Both the position numbers and the translations under genes were made by a program. The notes under the pieces are model-generated. The model was not told the DNA's origin and did no database searches. It was given only the letters and a program-made list of their open reading frames with translations. A DNA stretch of 63,472 nt, counting the filler, from Octopus bimaculoides (Eukaryota): assembly GCF_001194135.2 (NCBI RefSeq). It is 5 parts of 5 records of this genome, joined end to end, with 100 filler letters (N's around TTAATTAATTAA, not from the genome) between each part and the next. Parts side by side here need not be neighbours in the genome. Positions count along the whole stretch, not along the records: positions 31,302 to 51,172 come from NC_068987.1; 4 more parts are not named here. One strand, given 5' to 3'. Positions 36,941 to 48,964 of this stretch are shown piece after piece. Position 1 is the stretch's first letter. Each line of letters opens with the position of its first letter.

Positions 36941-37355
36941 TTATATTTGTCACTTGCGTGACGTAAAGTAACTGACTGCTATGTAGATCTTGTTAGTTAA
37001 GGATATGAACCGAATGTGGTGCTGCAGCAATTACACTGACTAACACGATTTTTATCCTGAGATAGTAACTGCTATATCTGATTTGCTTCAGTCATTTGAT
37101 TGCGGCCTATTTGCTTACCCCAGAAAGTATGACTCCGCGTCTCCACATATCCGCCGTCAAATGAGTGAAACAAGCAGAAGAATAAAAGAATAGACATTTC
37201 AAATATGATTGTATACATGTGTACTTCGTTCAACGCTGCTCAATGTGCTTCTAATACATTTATGCATGCATGTATTAAACGTATATTCATACACTCACAT
37301 GTAAACATGTATAGGCACACATGCGTGCGCGCGCATATTTGAAAGTGTGTGTACG

Positions 37356-37402
<47 letters not shown>

Positions 37403-37782
37403 TACGCACGCACACACACCCACACACACATAGATCCATATATATACAAGCATGTAATTACTATACAGTTACACAAGAGAAAAGAAATGTCTGGCTAATC
37501 GTTAAAAGTATATAATGTTCGCATTTTCTTATATAATAAAATTATCTGTTTGTACAAATATGCTTATTTGTACGTATATGCAAATTCGATGAATACACGG
37601 AGATCTTGGATATAATGAATATTGATGATATAAAATAACGGTTGTCGCCGATTTTATATATACAACTTTCTAAATAGATTATGTAGAACGTGGGAGAAGC
37701 AAATTTTCCAGTGTTTTATGTTTTATCTTCCAGTTAGGACTGGACTTCAAGGTGGATACTTAATATATAATAGGGCTTAAAT

Positions 37783-37995
37783 CGGCGAGCTGGTAGAAAC
37801 GTTAGCACGCCGGGCGAAATGCTTAGCCGTATTTCGTCTGCCTTTACGTTTTGAGTTCAAATTCCGGCGAGGTCGACTTTGCCTTTCATCGTTTCGGGGT
37901 CGATAAATTAAGTACCAGTTGCATACTGGAAGTAATCTAATCGACTGGCCCCCTCTCCAAAAATTTCGGGCCTTGTGCCTAGAGTAAAAAAGAAT
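37783..37995 (+). mobile_element. SINE family A monomer (beta tail)
   Basis: ggcgagctggtagaaacgttagcacgccgggcg...ggccttgtgcctagagtaaaaaagaat. Confidence 0.9.
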
Positions 37996-38174
37996 ATAAT
38001 CTTCTACTATAGCTCCGGGCCGATCAATGCCTTGAGAGTAAATTTGGCAGACAGTAACTATGTGGAAGTAACTATCTTTTTACTTGTTTCAATTATTTGT
38101 TGGCTGCATTGCTGGGGCAACAACTTGGAGAGTTTTAGTCGAACAAATCCAAACTATGATATTCTTTTAAAATC

Positions 38175-38279
38175 TGGTACTTATTCTATCGGTTTTTTTG
38201 CTGAACCTCTAGTCTACAGGGACGTAAAAGCGCCAACACCGGTTGTCAAGCGGTGGCGTCAGACACAGACAAACATAAA

Positions 38280-38348
<69 letters not shown>

Positions 38349-38505
38349 GGGCTTCTTTCAGTTTCCGTCTATCAAATCCGCTCACAAGGCTTTGGTCGGC
38401 CCGAGGGTATAGCAAAAGGCAGACGCCTTTTGCTAAGGTGTTACGCAGTAGGACTGAACCCGGAACCATGCGATTGAGAAGCAAGCTTCTTACGACACAG
38501 CCACA
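38175..38505 (-). mobile_element. SINE family B
   Basis: Reverse complement of both halves with an internal (CA)(TA) repeat. Confidence 0.85.
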
Positions 38506-39720
38506 TCTTGTATGTATGAATGTATGTATGTATGTATGTATGTATGTACCTATGTATGTATGCTTGTATGTAGATACGTATATTTCTGCGTTTTTGTTCT
38601 TGCATTCGTCCCACCACTACTTGACAGCCGATTTCGGTTTGTTTATGACCCTATAAAATAGCAGTTCAGCAAAGTGACCGATAGAATAAATACCAAATTT
38701 ATAAAAAATATATATATGCTGGGGTTTATTTGGTCTATTAAACAGTTCACTGGGCCGCAGTCAAATGACTGGAACAAAGAACAGTAAGAGATAAACGTAA
38801 GATAAACATAAATATCTTATGTTTATATATTAACCACACATGTAAAGGGACTGGACCCTTTTTATACACTAAACACAAATGCCCTACATTTATCTATTAA
38901 CCCCGTTACTTCAGTTGTTTGACCTTTTAATTCTAGTCCTTTATACAGACTCAATTGTTTTGATCTGCTACTTAGGGGTTATTGATCTCTATTTCCATAA
39001 CTCCATCCATTCGTTTATTCAATCATTCATTCGTTCTTTCTATTTTATTTCTTTCTCATTTGGCTTCTTTTCTTCTTTCTTTCTTTCTCTTCCTTTCTTT
39101 CATTCTGTCTCTCTTTCTTTTTTCTCCCCTGTATTCTTTCCTTCCTTCCTTACTTTCTGTCTTCCCCCTCTCTCCCACCACTTGCCCTCTAGCTTCCGTT
39201 TCGTCTATTTTTCTATCTTTGTCTCTTCCATATACTGTCTCATCCGTCTTCCTTTCCTTTCTTCATTTCTCCTTGAAATTCTTTCTGTCATTTTTCCTTC
39301 CTTCCTTCCTCCCTTCCTTCCGTCCGTTTCTACTTTCTTCTTTCGTTATTTGTTTCTGTTATTCTAGCTCCTTTCCTTCTTTCCTTCTTCCATTCTTTCT
39401 CTCCAATTTCATGTTGGAAATTCTAAGAACACGCCAGACCAGCCAGAGATCTCGACAATACAGACGTGTGAATAAGATTTAATTACAGAGGTGATGGCGG
39501 ATTCTAAAGGCAAGATTGTGAACTCCTCAGACGAAAAGAAAAGAAAGAAAAAATGACGACGATAAGCACCGCTTCCGACTTCCAACCTCACTTCCGACTT
39601 GCACCCCAGGATTGAGCAAAACGCGTTCAGCAACAAAGGTACTTTTCTACAGATATATATATATATATATACGCACTTACACAGGCAGAAACAAGCAACC
39701 ACTAAGCACGAAACACATAT

Positions 39721-39768
<48 letters not shown>

Positions 39769-40033
39769 GCACGAACCAATTAAGGAGATCCTACGTGGTC
39801 GCAAAAAAACAGCTAGAAATAATAGCTAAATTATTGCCGTGCAATAATGCTCTGAGGTAAAGAATAAAAGAAATTGTGCACTGTTGCAGAAATTACTTGC
39901 CCGACAGACTTTGGCATAATGTTAGATAACAGCAACAAAAAGAAAGCTTCTCTGGTAAGCTAATGAGAACTCTACAAATATTACCGCCAGACGCTGCCTT
40001 TAGATTTATATTCAAATTTATTTGGACGTTTGG

Positions 40034-40235
40034 TTATATAACTAACTTCTTCGACATAAGTCTTGAGAAGCTGCGCTCCACGAAACTAACAAGTATAAGA
40101 CTAATTAGAACGTCGCAATTCCAAGCGAGTAGCGTTGCTGTATAATGTGCAAAATATTCCTGAGATTCTGGCTGCAGAAGGTAGACATCGGTAAATGGTT
40201 CTCCGTCAGTTTCAACGCTGCATAGTATTTCAGCT
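40034..40235 (-). pseudogene. Possible hAT dimerisation-domain relic
   Basis: ..LISLILVSFVERSFSRL resembles the hAT C-terminal xERSFS motif; short and degraded. Confidence 0.3.
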
Positions 40236-40329
40236 GTTCGATCAACTAATGATGATGATGGTAATAATGATAATAATAATAACAACAACAACAAAAACAA
40301 CAACAACAACAACAATAATAATTATAGGG

Positions 40330-40915
40330 AAAGAAAAAATGACCAGTGAAAATTCACCCCTAATGGAAGAAGTTGAAAACTTTTGGAAAGGGATCTGGAG
40401 TGATGAGAAACCATACAATGAAAATGCAGACTGGATCAAACGCACCCAAGATGCCTACAAAAATCTACAAGAACAGGTATGGGAAGACATCTCAATCACC
40501 GACCTAAGGAGGGTACTAACGAAGGCTCATAAGTGGAAATCCCCTGGAATTGAGAGAGTACCAAATTTCTGGCTCTCATCACTCTCGTCCGCACACAAAA
40601 TATTAGTAATACTATTTAACAGTATTATGAAAGACCCGGAAAAAACTCCCCATTGGATGGCAGATGGTATTACTTAGCCCCAAAATAACGAAACTAAACA
40701 CCCAAAAATCTACCGGCCCATAACATGTTTTTCTACTACCTATAAGATTTTGACATCTATTCTAGTGGAGAAAACATATATGTTTATGGAAGAGAATAAC
40801 CTCTTTCCCACCGAACGAAAAGGATGCAGACAAGGCTCATATGGATGCAAAGATCAACTCCTAATAAATCGCATGAACCTTGAGAACTGCCATAACAAGC
40901 GCAGAAATCTCAGCT
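40330..40915 (+). pseudogene. R4/Dong-like non-LTR reverse transcriptase N-terminal fragment
   Basis: FWKGIWS..KWKSPGIERVPNFWL..GIT*..YRPITCFSTTYKILTSI..KGCRQGSYGCKDQLLIN. One in-frame stop; truncated before the later RT domains; preceded by (AAT)/(AAC)n. Confidence 0.85.
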
Positions 40916-41236
40916 CTTCATCACAAAGCCTGGTCCTCTTCGAGCATATATAACTAACTTCGAAGCCCAAACTCTCCACAAATTTTATATTTTAGAAATC
41001 TCTGGATGCTGTTGTCTTATGAAGTGTTGTCGTCGAAATCTCCAAATAGGGAGTAAAAAACAGTCGACAACTGAGGAGGACTTACACTTCTTTTGGCATT
41101 TTGTCCCGTACTTGTCTCTAGTTGTGTTTTTACGTATTTTAAGCATCAGTGAAACACTGGGGTTGATATAATCGACTATTCCCCTCCCACAAATTTAAGG
41201 CCTTGTGCCTCCATTAGAAAGGATTATTATTATTGT

Positions 41237-41267
<31 letters not shown>

Positions 41268-41268
41268 G

Positions 41269-41545
41269 TCACCTAAAGGTATGCAGAATGCGTTGCGTTT
41301 TGGAATCAATGTCCTTGATTCCAGCTGGTTCCTTAGATATCTTGGACATTTCCAACAATCCTTGCTGTCCGTGGGAGATCAGATTTCTGGTAACAAATGG
41401 AATTCTTCGATCATTTTGATCAGTAAAGAAACTACCAAACCTTTTGGCAATGATATCTACGGAACTTACATCTACGGGGATTACTTTTGCAGAAGCCCTC
41501 CACAATTTTCGCATTTCCCTTGTTTCAGCCTTGATATTTCCCTAT
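41269..41545 (-). pseudogene. Decayed R4/Dong-like C-terminus
   Basis: KYQG/ETREMRKLWRASAKVIPV..TQRILHTFR*, followed by (AGT)n(AAT)n on the minus strand. Confidence 0.5.
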
Positions 41546-41924
41546 TTTTTTCCCTATTGTTTAACCGCTAAATTCAAATCAGCAGACACGGCCACATCTG
41601 TAATGGCGAACTCTTTTGTCGTCTTGTCCAGAATGATAGTATTTCTGTTTTTACAATTATTATTAAAGCAACGACCGGGTAGAATTGTTGGCAAAGCGGA
41701 ATTAAAAGAAAAAGGCTTGGTGCATTTCTTCTGGCTTAACGTTCATAGTCCAAATTTACGTTTCGCTCCTTCGAGATCGATAAATGACTACTAGCTGAGC
41801 ACGGCGGCGGCGGCGGCGGCGGTGGTGATGGAATCGACTTACCCATTCCTCCCCCCTCCCCTGCGCGCGCGAAATTTCATGCCGTTTGCTATTGTAGAAA
41901 GGATTATCGTCATCGTCATTTTCA

Positions 41925-42295
41925 AGAAGGAAGTGGGGAGGGGATGGAGAGGAGAGCGGTGGTAAAGGTGGTGGTGGTGGTGGTGGTGGTAGTGGTGGTG
42001 GTGCTAGTGGTGGTGCTGGTGCTGGTGGTGCTGGTGGTGGACGACGACGACGACGGGGAGGTAGGGTAGAGGCGGAGGAGGAGGTGGTGAGATAGAGGAA
42101 GAGGCAGAGGCGGAGGAGCTGGGGTAGAGGCAGAGGAAGAGGTGGTGCTGGTGGTGGTGGACGACGAGGGGGAGGTGGGGTAGAGGCGAAGGAAAAGGTG
42201 AGATAGGGGCAGAGGAAAACGAGGTGAGATAGAGGCAGAGGCGGAGGCGGAGGAGCTGGGGTGGAGGTAGAGGAAGAGGCGGTAGAGGTGGAGGA
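41925..42295. repeat. G-rich compound (GGT/GGA/GAC) repeat with about 110-bp internal duplication
   Basis: gtggtggtggacgacga..gggga..gtagaggc..gtgagatag..gaggcagaggcggagg..agctgggg occurs twice. Confidence 0.7.
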
Positions 42296-43421
42296 GAAAT
42301 ATAAATAAATGAATAGATGGAAGAATTGGTAAGTTGTCGACTAACATATCTTGGTTACATCTCTTTACGTTCTGAATTCAAATTCTTTCGAGATGTACTT
42401 TGCGATTCTCGGATCAATAAAGTATCGGTTGAGTAGTGGATCGATTTAATCGATTATACACCCCCATCCTACCCCCACCCTCCACACACCAAATATTTGG
42501 CACTCTGTCTACATCACAGATCCTGATAACTGTCCTTCATCCTTCATGGCATCACAAACACATTGAACAGATTAAAGAAGCAGATTTATTTCCAAATCAC
42601 CAAATAAAAAGAATCAAAGACCGCCATAATGGTTTCAGACGAAGGCACAACGCCAAATATTTTAAGAGAGGTGGAAAATCGATTTAATCAAACCACTATA
42701 TGATTGGTGCTTTATTTATCCACCCAAAAATCGTAATCTAGCAAAGTAGATCTCGGAGGAATTTACTCTCAGAACCTCGATTGATATAATCAAATATCTC
42801 GAGACATTCCAGCTGAAACTCTACTAATTCTTCAATCTGTTTGAGGTTTTGGGTTGTATTTGTCGGCAGATTGATTATTTTCTATGTTCGAAGAGGACCA
42901 GGCTTTGTGATGTAGTTTTGGCTGCGTTGAGAATAAGGGGTATGAGTTGGTTAGGACATGTCCTAACATTTGGAGCAACCTTGAGGTCCCTTCAGGTAAA
43001 CCGACCGTTGAGGGGATACTTCACTGGCATTTTGTCATCACATTGTCATCACAGCTGCCGATGCTGTTGCTACTGCTGCTGCTGCCGCTGCTGCGGTGTT
43101 GATGTTGATGATGATGGTGATGACGACGATGATGATGGTCGTGGTCATCGTGATGGCGATGAAAATGGCCTTGGTGGTGGTAGTAGTGGTTGTGGTGGTG
43201 ATGATATGATGATGAGGAGGAGGAGGGGGGATAATGGTGGATAGGTGTTAGCTAGTTCCGTCCCTTTGGGTGAAGAGGAGCAAACCTGGTGAGTTTGTGC
43301 CAGAAAGCGTTTCTCATTTCACACATCAGTTGAGAAGGAAGGCATCGATCCGACATCGCTGGCAAACGTTCACATTGACATCAGCTAAAGAACTACTACC
43401 ACTACCACTACCAACACCACA

Positions 43422-43464
<43 letters not shown>

Positions 43465-44207
43465 ATACTAATGCTGCTGCTGCTACTACTACTACTACTA
43501 CTACTAGCAGTAGTAGTAGTAGTAGTAGTAGCAGCAGCAGCAGTAGTAGTAGTAGTAGTAGTAGTAGTAGCAGCAGCAGCGGCAGCAGCAGCAGCAGCTG
43601 CAACTGCAATAGTAGTGGTGGTGCTGCTGCTGGTGGTGCTGCTGGTGGTGCTGGTGCTGGTGGTGCTGGTTGTAGTAACGGCAGATAGAAGCCGTGTCTT
43701 GAGTCCTGCCGGGCAACAAGAGCAGTTTTCTGCTGCTGCTGCTAGAGAGAGAGAAGGGTTTGTTCCTCCCCTCCTCTGCCAAGGCAGCAAGCAGTGAGAT
43801 CGATTTCATTTAACACAGTTTTATAGGTTCGATTGGCAGAGAGCATGAAAGGGGGTAGAGTGGTGCTACCGAGGTCGGTCTGAGGGTGCGGTGAGGTCGG
43901 GTTAAGGCTTTTTGGTACTGAACTCGTATTTCCACGTGTGGGAGATTGGTTGGTAGGCCGGTTGGTTAGTGGGCTTTTGTGATATTGCAAGACTGGGTGT
44001 GAAGAGACGGTGTTGCTGGTCGATTATCGATTCCTTGATTTGTTTGTTTGATTGTTTGTTTGATTGTTTTTTGTTTTGTTTTGTTTTTTGTCGTTTTTTT
44101 TTTGTATTTTTTTCTTCGGAAGTAGAAGGAAACTAGCCACCATGTTTGCACCTCACATTGCATCCGTACCTGCACTCATATACCGCATCCATATACACAT
44201 GCGCCCC

Positions 44208-44245
<38 letters not shown>

Positions 44246-44678
44246 NNNNNNNNNNNNNNNNNNNNNNNNNNNNNNNNNNNNNNNNNNNNNNNNNNNNNNN
44301 NNNNNNNNNNNNNNNNNNNNNNNNNNNNNNNNNNNNNNNNNNNNNNNNNNNNNNNNNNNNNNNNNNNNNNNNNNNNNNNNNNNNNNNNNNNNNNNNNNNN
44401 NNNNNNNNNNNNNNNNNNNNNNNNNNNNNNNNNNNNNNNNNNNNNNNNNNNNNNNNNNNNNNNNNNNNNNNNNNNNNNNNNNNNNNNNNNNNNNNNNNNN
44501 NNNNNNNNNNNNNNNNNNNNNNNNNNNNNNNNNNNNNNNNNNNNNNNNNNNNNNNNNNNNNNNNNNNNNNNNNATATATATATGTATGTATATATATATA
44601 TGTGCATACATATATATATATATATATTTATATATATACATACATATATATATATATTTATTTATATATATGCATACC

Positions 44679-44713
<35 letters not shown>

Positions 44714-45619
44714 GCATACATACATACATACATGCACTTATATATACACATAGACACATTTTAGTTTAAAGTCAACAGTACATTGGTGATTAAACGGTAA
44801 TTATCGCCATTTATTAAATGATCCATGTTTAAACAGGAAAATTTTAAATTAGCCTAATGCAATTATTGACAGTATCAATACTGCCACGAAAATAAATGTT
44901 ACTTAATTTAAGAATATTTAATGCAGGTATATATTTTTTTCCCATTGAAATGGAATTTGTGCATCGACGATTAAGAAGAATGCAATAACATGACACTACT
45001 TCTTTGTCGGTTAACCGAAATTCCTCGTAAGAGAAACTCGTCTACGCGACATTGATTTATAAGATTGATAATCAAATTATCAGTAATTTTTTTCCCATTA
45101 TTTATCTCTATAATCATACAATTTACTCTATTTCCTTTGTTTTAAAGATTTCTATCGGTTTTAAATCCAACTATTTTGCCAACAACTTCGGTGCATTTTC
45201 TTTCGTTTATCACCGATCTTTTCGTCACAGATTTGGAATAACACGGTTCGCACTAACGGGAACCTTCTTATTACAGTGAAATGTCTATAACAGTGGTTCC
45301 TTTTTCATCGTCTTACTCAACAAGACTCTCCAGATTATAGACCAGCGGCTCTTAACCTGGGGGTCGTTTGGGATTTCACGGGGTGGAGGTGGGATCCTGG
45401 AGGGTTTGAGGGAAAACTATTTATTTCCTGTATTTGAGGTATTGCATTGCAGCTTCTAGTGCTACCATGACTATGTGCTTCGTTCCGGCTCTGTGACACC
45501 TATGGCACTTTGCGTTCGTCGAACGGGAACGTGAAACTCTGAGTAACAGCTTTTGTGATGTCGTTGCAGTTTTATTGATAAAGCATATTACTCTACCTCC
45601 GGTATTCCAGTACTATTTT

Positions 45620-45900
45620 TTCCACCTTCTCTCACGTTTAGGTGCATACTCTTAATATTGTCCCGAAGCGGATCAAAGGATCTCGTTACCTTTAAACAGA
45701 ACCTGGAAAAATTTCTTCAATGAATACTAGATAAGCCACCTATACCTGGATACAACTCACTCAACAAGAGATCCTACTCGAATGGACCATAAGATCATAA
45801 TAGCACAAAACTTGACTTAAAAAGGATTTGGATAATACTATCAGGTGGTGCTATTAAGTTAGACATGGCATGGACAAATCTCCGGTCGAAACATATCTAT
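45620..45900 (+). pseudogene. CR1/Crack-like LINE 3' end
   Basis: Frameshifted LNIVPKRIK..DLVTFKQNLEKFLQ*ILDKPPIPGY, resembling the LFNxLP..FK..LD.FL..PD.P..PGY tail. Confidence 0.5.
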
Positions 45901-45933
45901 GTTTATCTAAGTTTATATATATATGCATATAAC

Positions 45934-46219
45934 GTAGTTGTATACTGTCACCTTAACGTGACAGTCCCAATAAGGGAATCATACTACTGCTATTTAGCCC
46001 TAGGAAGCTGGACCAATTCCTGTCGGCCTTGACACATTTCCTGTGTCTTTATGTTTACAAGAGGGAGACAAGCACTTCCACCGAGCCTAGCCTGCATTCA
46101 GGGACATGTTTCTGAGTTTTTGCTCGTCATCAGCCTGAAGTAGCAGCCTGTCAAAGGCCGACAGGAAGCGGTCCAGCTTCCTAGGGCTAAATAGCAGTAG
46201 GTTGACAGTATACAACTAC
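45934..46219. mobile_element. Foldback element (17-bp outer and 51-bp inner inverted arms) with a hammerhead in the loop
   Basis: 45934-45950 is the exact reverse complement of 46203-46219. 45984-46034 matches the reverse complement of 46149-46200 with 2 mismatches and 1 indel. Confidence 0.85.
46097..46139 (-). ncRNA. Minimal type I hammerhead ribozyme
   Basis: Minus strand TTCAGG-CTGATGA-C-GAG(caaaaa)CTC-A-GAAA-CAT-GTC^CCTGAA. Perfect 6-bp helix I, palindromic ACATGT helix III, GUC triplet; C.A mismatch at the base of helix II. Confidence 0.7.
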
Positions 46220-46424
46220 TTTATCGTAACACTGCTGCTTAAGTCCCTCTGTGAGATTTAGAAATGGATCATTTCCATACATATATATATACATACATAT
46301 ATATATATATACATATNNNNNNNNNNNNNNNNNNNNNNNNNNNNNNNNNNNNNNNNNNNNNNNNNNNNNNNNNNNNNNNNNNNNNNNNNNNNNNNNNNNN
46401 NNNNNNNNNNNNNNNNNNNNNATA

Positions 46425-46458
<34 letters not shown>

Positions 46459-46699
46459 CATGTCTGTATATGTGCCGATTCACAAGCACTTGTAGATTTC
46501 TTTTTAAAAAAATAAATCTAGAATTGTTTGCTTAGAAGAATCTTTTTTTTTTTTTCTGTTTGCTCTTTAAATTTCTCGGTAACATGCAGAATCATTTGTT
46601 ATGGTAGAAGAAAATTTTGCACTTCGCTCAAAGTGTGGTTCTTGTGCTAGTAAAATAAAACCCGTAAACCGGAGATCTCGTAAAACGAGTCCCTGTAAC

Positions 46700-46863
46700 T
46701 GTATATCAACCCCAGTATTTGAGTGGTACTTATTTTATCGAATTCGGAGGAATGAAAAGGATATTCAACCTCGGTAGATTTTGCATTCAGAACGTAAAGA
46801 GTTTGAAGAAATACCGTTGAGCATTTTGATCGATGTGAGAACGATTCTGCCAGCTCACCGCCC
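46700..46863 (-). mobile_element. SINE family A (diverged)
   Basis: Reverse-complement core aacctcggtagattttgcattcagaacgtaaag..gattctgccagctcaccgcc. Confidence 0.8.
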
Positions 46864-46976
46864 TATAAATACCAAATGCTAAAATCGTTATACTCTTTGT
46901 AAAGAATAAAAAGTTTTGAATGGTACAACAATGCACTATAATACAAAAAATGGACTATATACCTGTTGTAATTTAA

Positions 46977-47485
46977 TTATCCATAGTCCGATGATATTTC
47001 GGAATACAATTCCTTCTTCAGATATTCTTAGATGGAGTCTCTGCTATAATCGGTTTTCCAACGGCTTTTCTTTTTTCAGAAGCGTCTCAGCAGTGGTCTA
47101 ACGAAGCTCCTTCCGGAATTCCTCATGAGAAGTGCGTGAGGTCGGCTATGTCTCAATCACGTGTGTGTTGGTACGCGCTGCTTCTAAGTTATGTATTATA
47201 CGTGCAGCTTCCTTTTTTTCCCTTTTTTCACTCTTCTCTCTCTCTTTCTCTATCTCTTTTTCTTTTGTTATAAACATAAGATGAGCATATCAAAAATGAA
47301 CCTACACGCACCCAGATGTAACTAAATATAGTTATCCATAGTCCGATGATATTTCGGAACACAATTCCTTCTTCAGATATTCTTAGATGGAGTTGCTTGC
47401 TATAATCGGTTTTCCAACGGATTTTCTTTTTTTCCGAAGCGTCTCAGCAGAGATTTCCCGAAGCTCCTTCCGGAATTGCTCATGA
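46977..47485 (-). mobile_element. Direct-repeat element (46977-47128 and 47332-47485), each repeat carrying a hammerhead core; Penelope-pLTR/retrozyme-like
   Basis: Both repeats contain, on the minus strand, CTGAAGA-A-GGAAT(tgt)RTTCC-GAAA-TATC. The predicted cleavage sites (after 47348 and after 46993) are 355 nt apart. Confidence 0.7.
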
Positions 47486-47505
47486 ATTACTCTTTGTAAG
47501 CATAA

Positions 47506-47720
47506 AAGGCAGCGAGCGAGCAGAATCGTCAGCACCCCCGAGCAAAATACTTAGCGGCAATTCGTCCGTCCTTATGCTCTGAGTCGAATTCCACCAAGGT
47601 AGACCTTGCTTTTCGTTCTTTTGGGATCGATAAAGTAAGTTTCAGTTAAGCACTGGGGTTAATGTAATCGTCTTGACCCCCTCATCCGAAAATGCTGGCC
47701 TTGACAAATTTTGAAGTCAT
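47506..47720 (+). mobile_element. SINE family A (diverged)
   Basis: ggcagcgagcgagcagaatcgtcagcacc...gcactggggttaatgtaatcg. Confidence 0.8.
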
Positions 47721-47974
47721 TATGCTCTTTGCAAATATTTTCTTAAATTAAGTGACGTTCATTACTATAGTTTTATTAATGCAGTCAGTAATTGCAAATG
47801 CTAATTAAATTTTATTAATTTATTTATTCATTTCTTTTGCTAAATATTTACGTCAATTAGAAATAGTAAAAAAGCTAAAATAGTAAAAAAACAAAACTTT
47901 TTTATAGGTTGAATCGCAATTAAATAAACACAAATGATTAACATTTATTTATCACTTTAAACTAATTAACAATC

Positions 47975-48018
<44 letters not shown>

Positions 48019-48964
48019 GTTTACACACATATATTTACATACTTACATGTAGACACACACATATACACATTTAAATATATATATCTACACATTTAAATAA
48101 ATATATATGTCTGTGTGTATGTATATATGTACCTATATATGTAAGGCGGTTGCCCCAGCATGGTCACAATCTAATGACTGTAACAAGTAACAGATATGTG
48201 TGTATTTGTCTGTCTGTCGCTTTATCTGTCTGTCTTTCTGTGTGTGTTTGTGTTTGTATATACTTTGTTTTATATTTACATACACACGTAAATAAAATAT
48301 TTAATTTAAAATAAGATTAAATAGAACACATTATTCATTTACATATCTTCAATAAATATATGTTACCAGAAAAAATTATACTATTTATCTATCAATTACA
48401 ATATTACTGTCATTCAATGATAATGGATCGCGAAATTTTCGCTTAAGCTATATCTTCATTATACAACTTAAATATTCGAATCATTCAAATAACATCAAAC
48501 TCTTCATTTCCATCCCCCCCCCACCCCACCTTCAAAACATTACTTATTTTCACCAACGATTTGGTTGCAATTATTTCCTCATTTGTCACTTATTCTTCGA
48601 TTGACTAAATCTTACTAAAATTGCCTAGAAAATTATGGAACCAAACATGCAGATTACTGATACATTTAGTTTGTATGGAAATATCAATTTCAATTTTATA
48701 AACTTTACAACAAACCAATAAAAACTGTAATGATTATTTCTTTTATTGAATTTGTTGTATTTCTTTTACGATACAAATTTCATTGTTATTATAATTTGCC
48801 TAAATATTTCTTAAGTGAATATTTGGATAATAACCTTTCTTTTTTTTTATGTATAGCTTTTGACATTAGAATAGTTACAAGACAGGACTTACGTCGAGAG
48901 ATAGGTTACAGGATATTAGGATATATCGATGACAGACAGATTGTTAATATATTTTGTTACGAAC

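Noticed and set aside
39489-39638. Candidate exon (VMADSKGKIVNSSDEKKRKKK* or TKRKERKNDDDK..SATK)
   Set aside because: Several mutually exclusive frames and splice choices; no recognisable protein and no partner exons.
45230-45290. Candidate terminal exon after a strong polypyrimidine AG
   Set aside because: Only 15-19 codons in either frame; unsupported.
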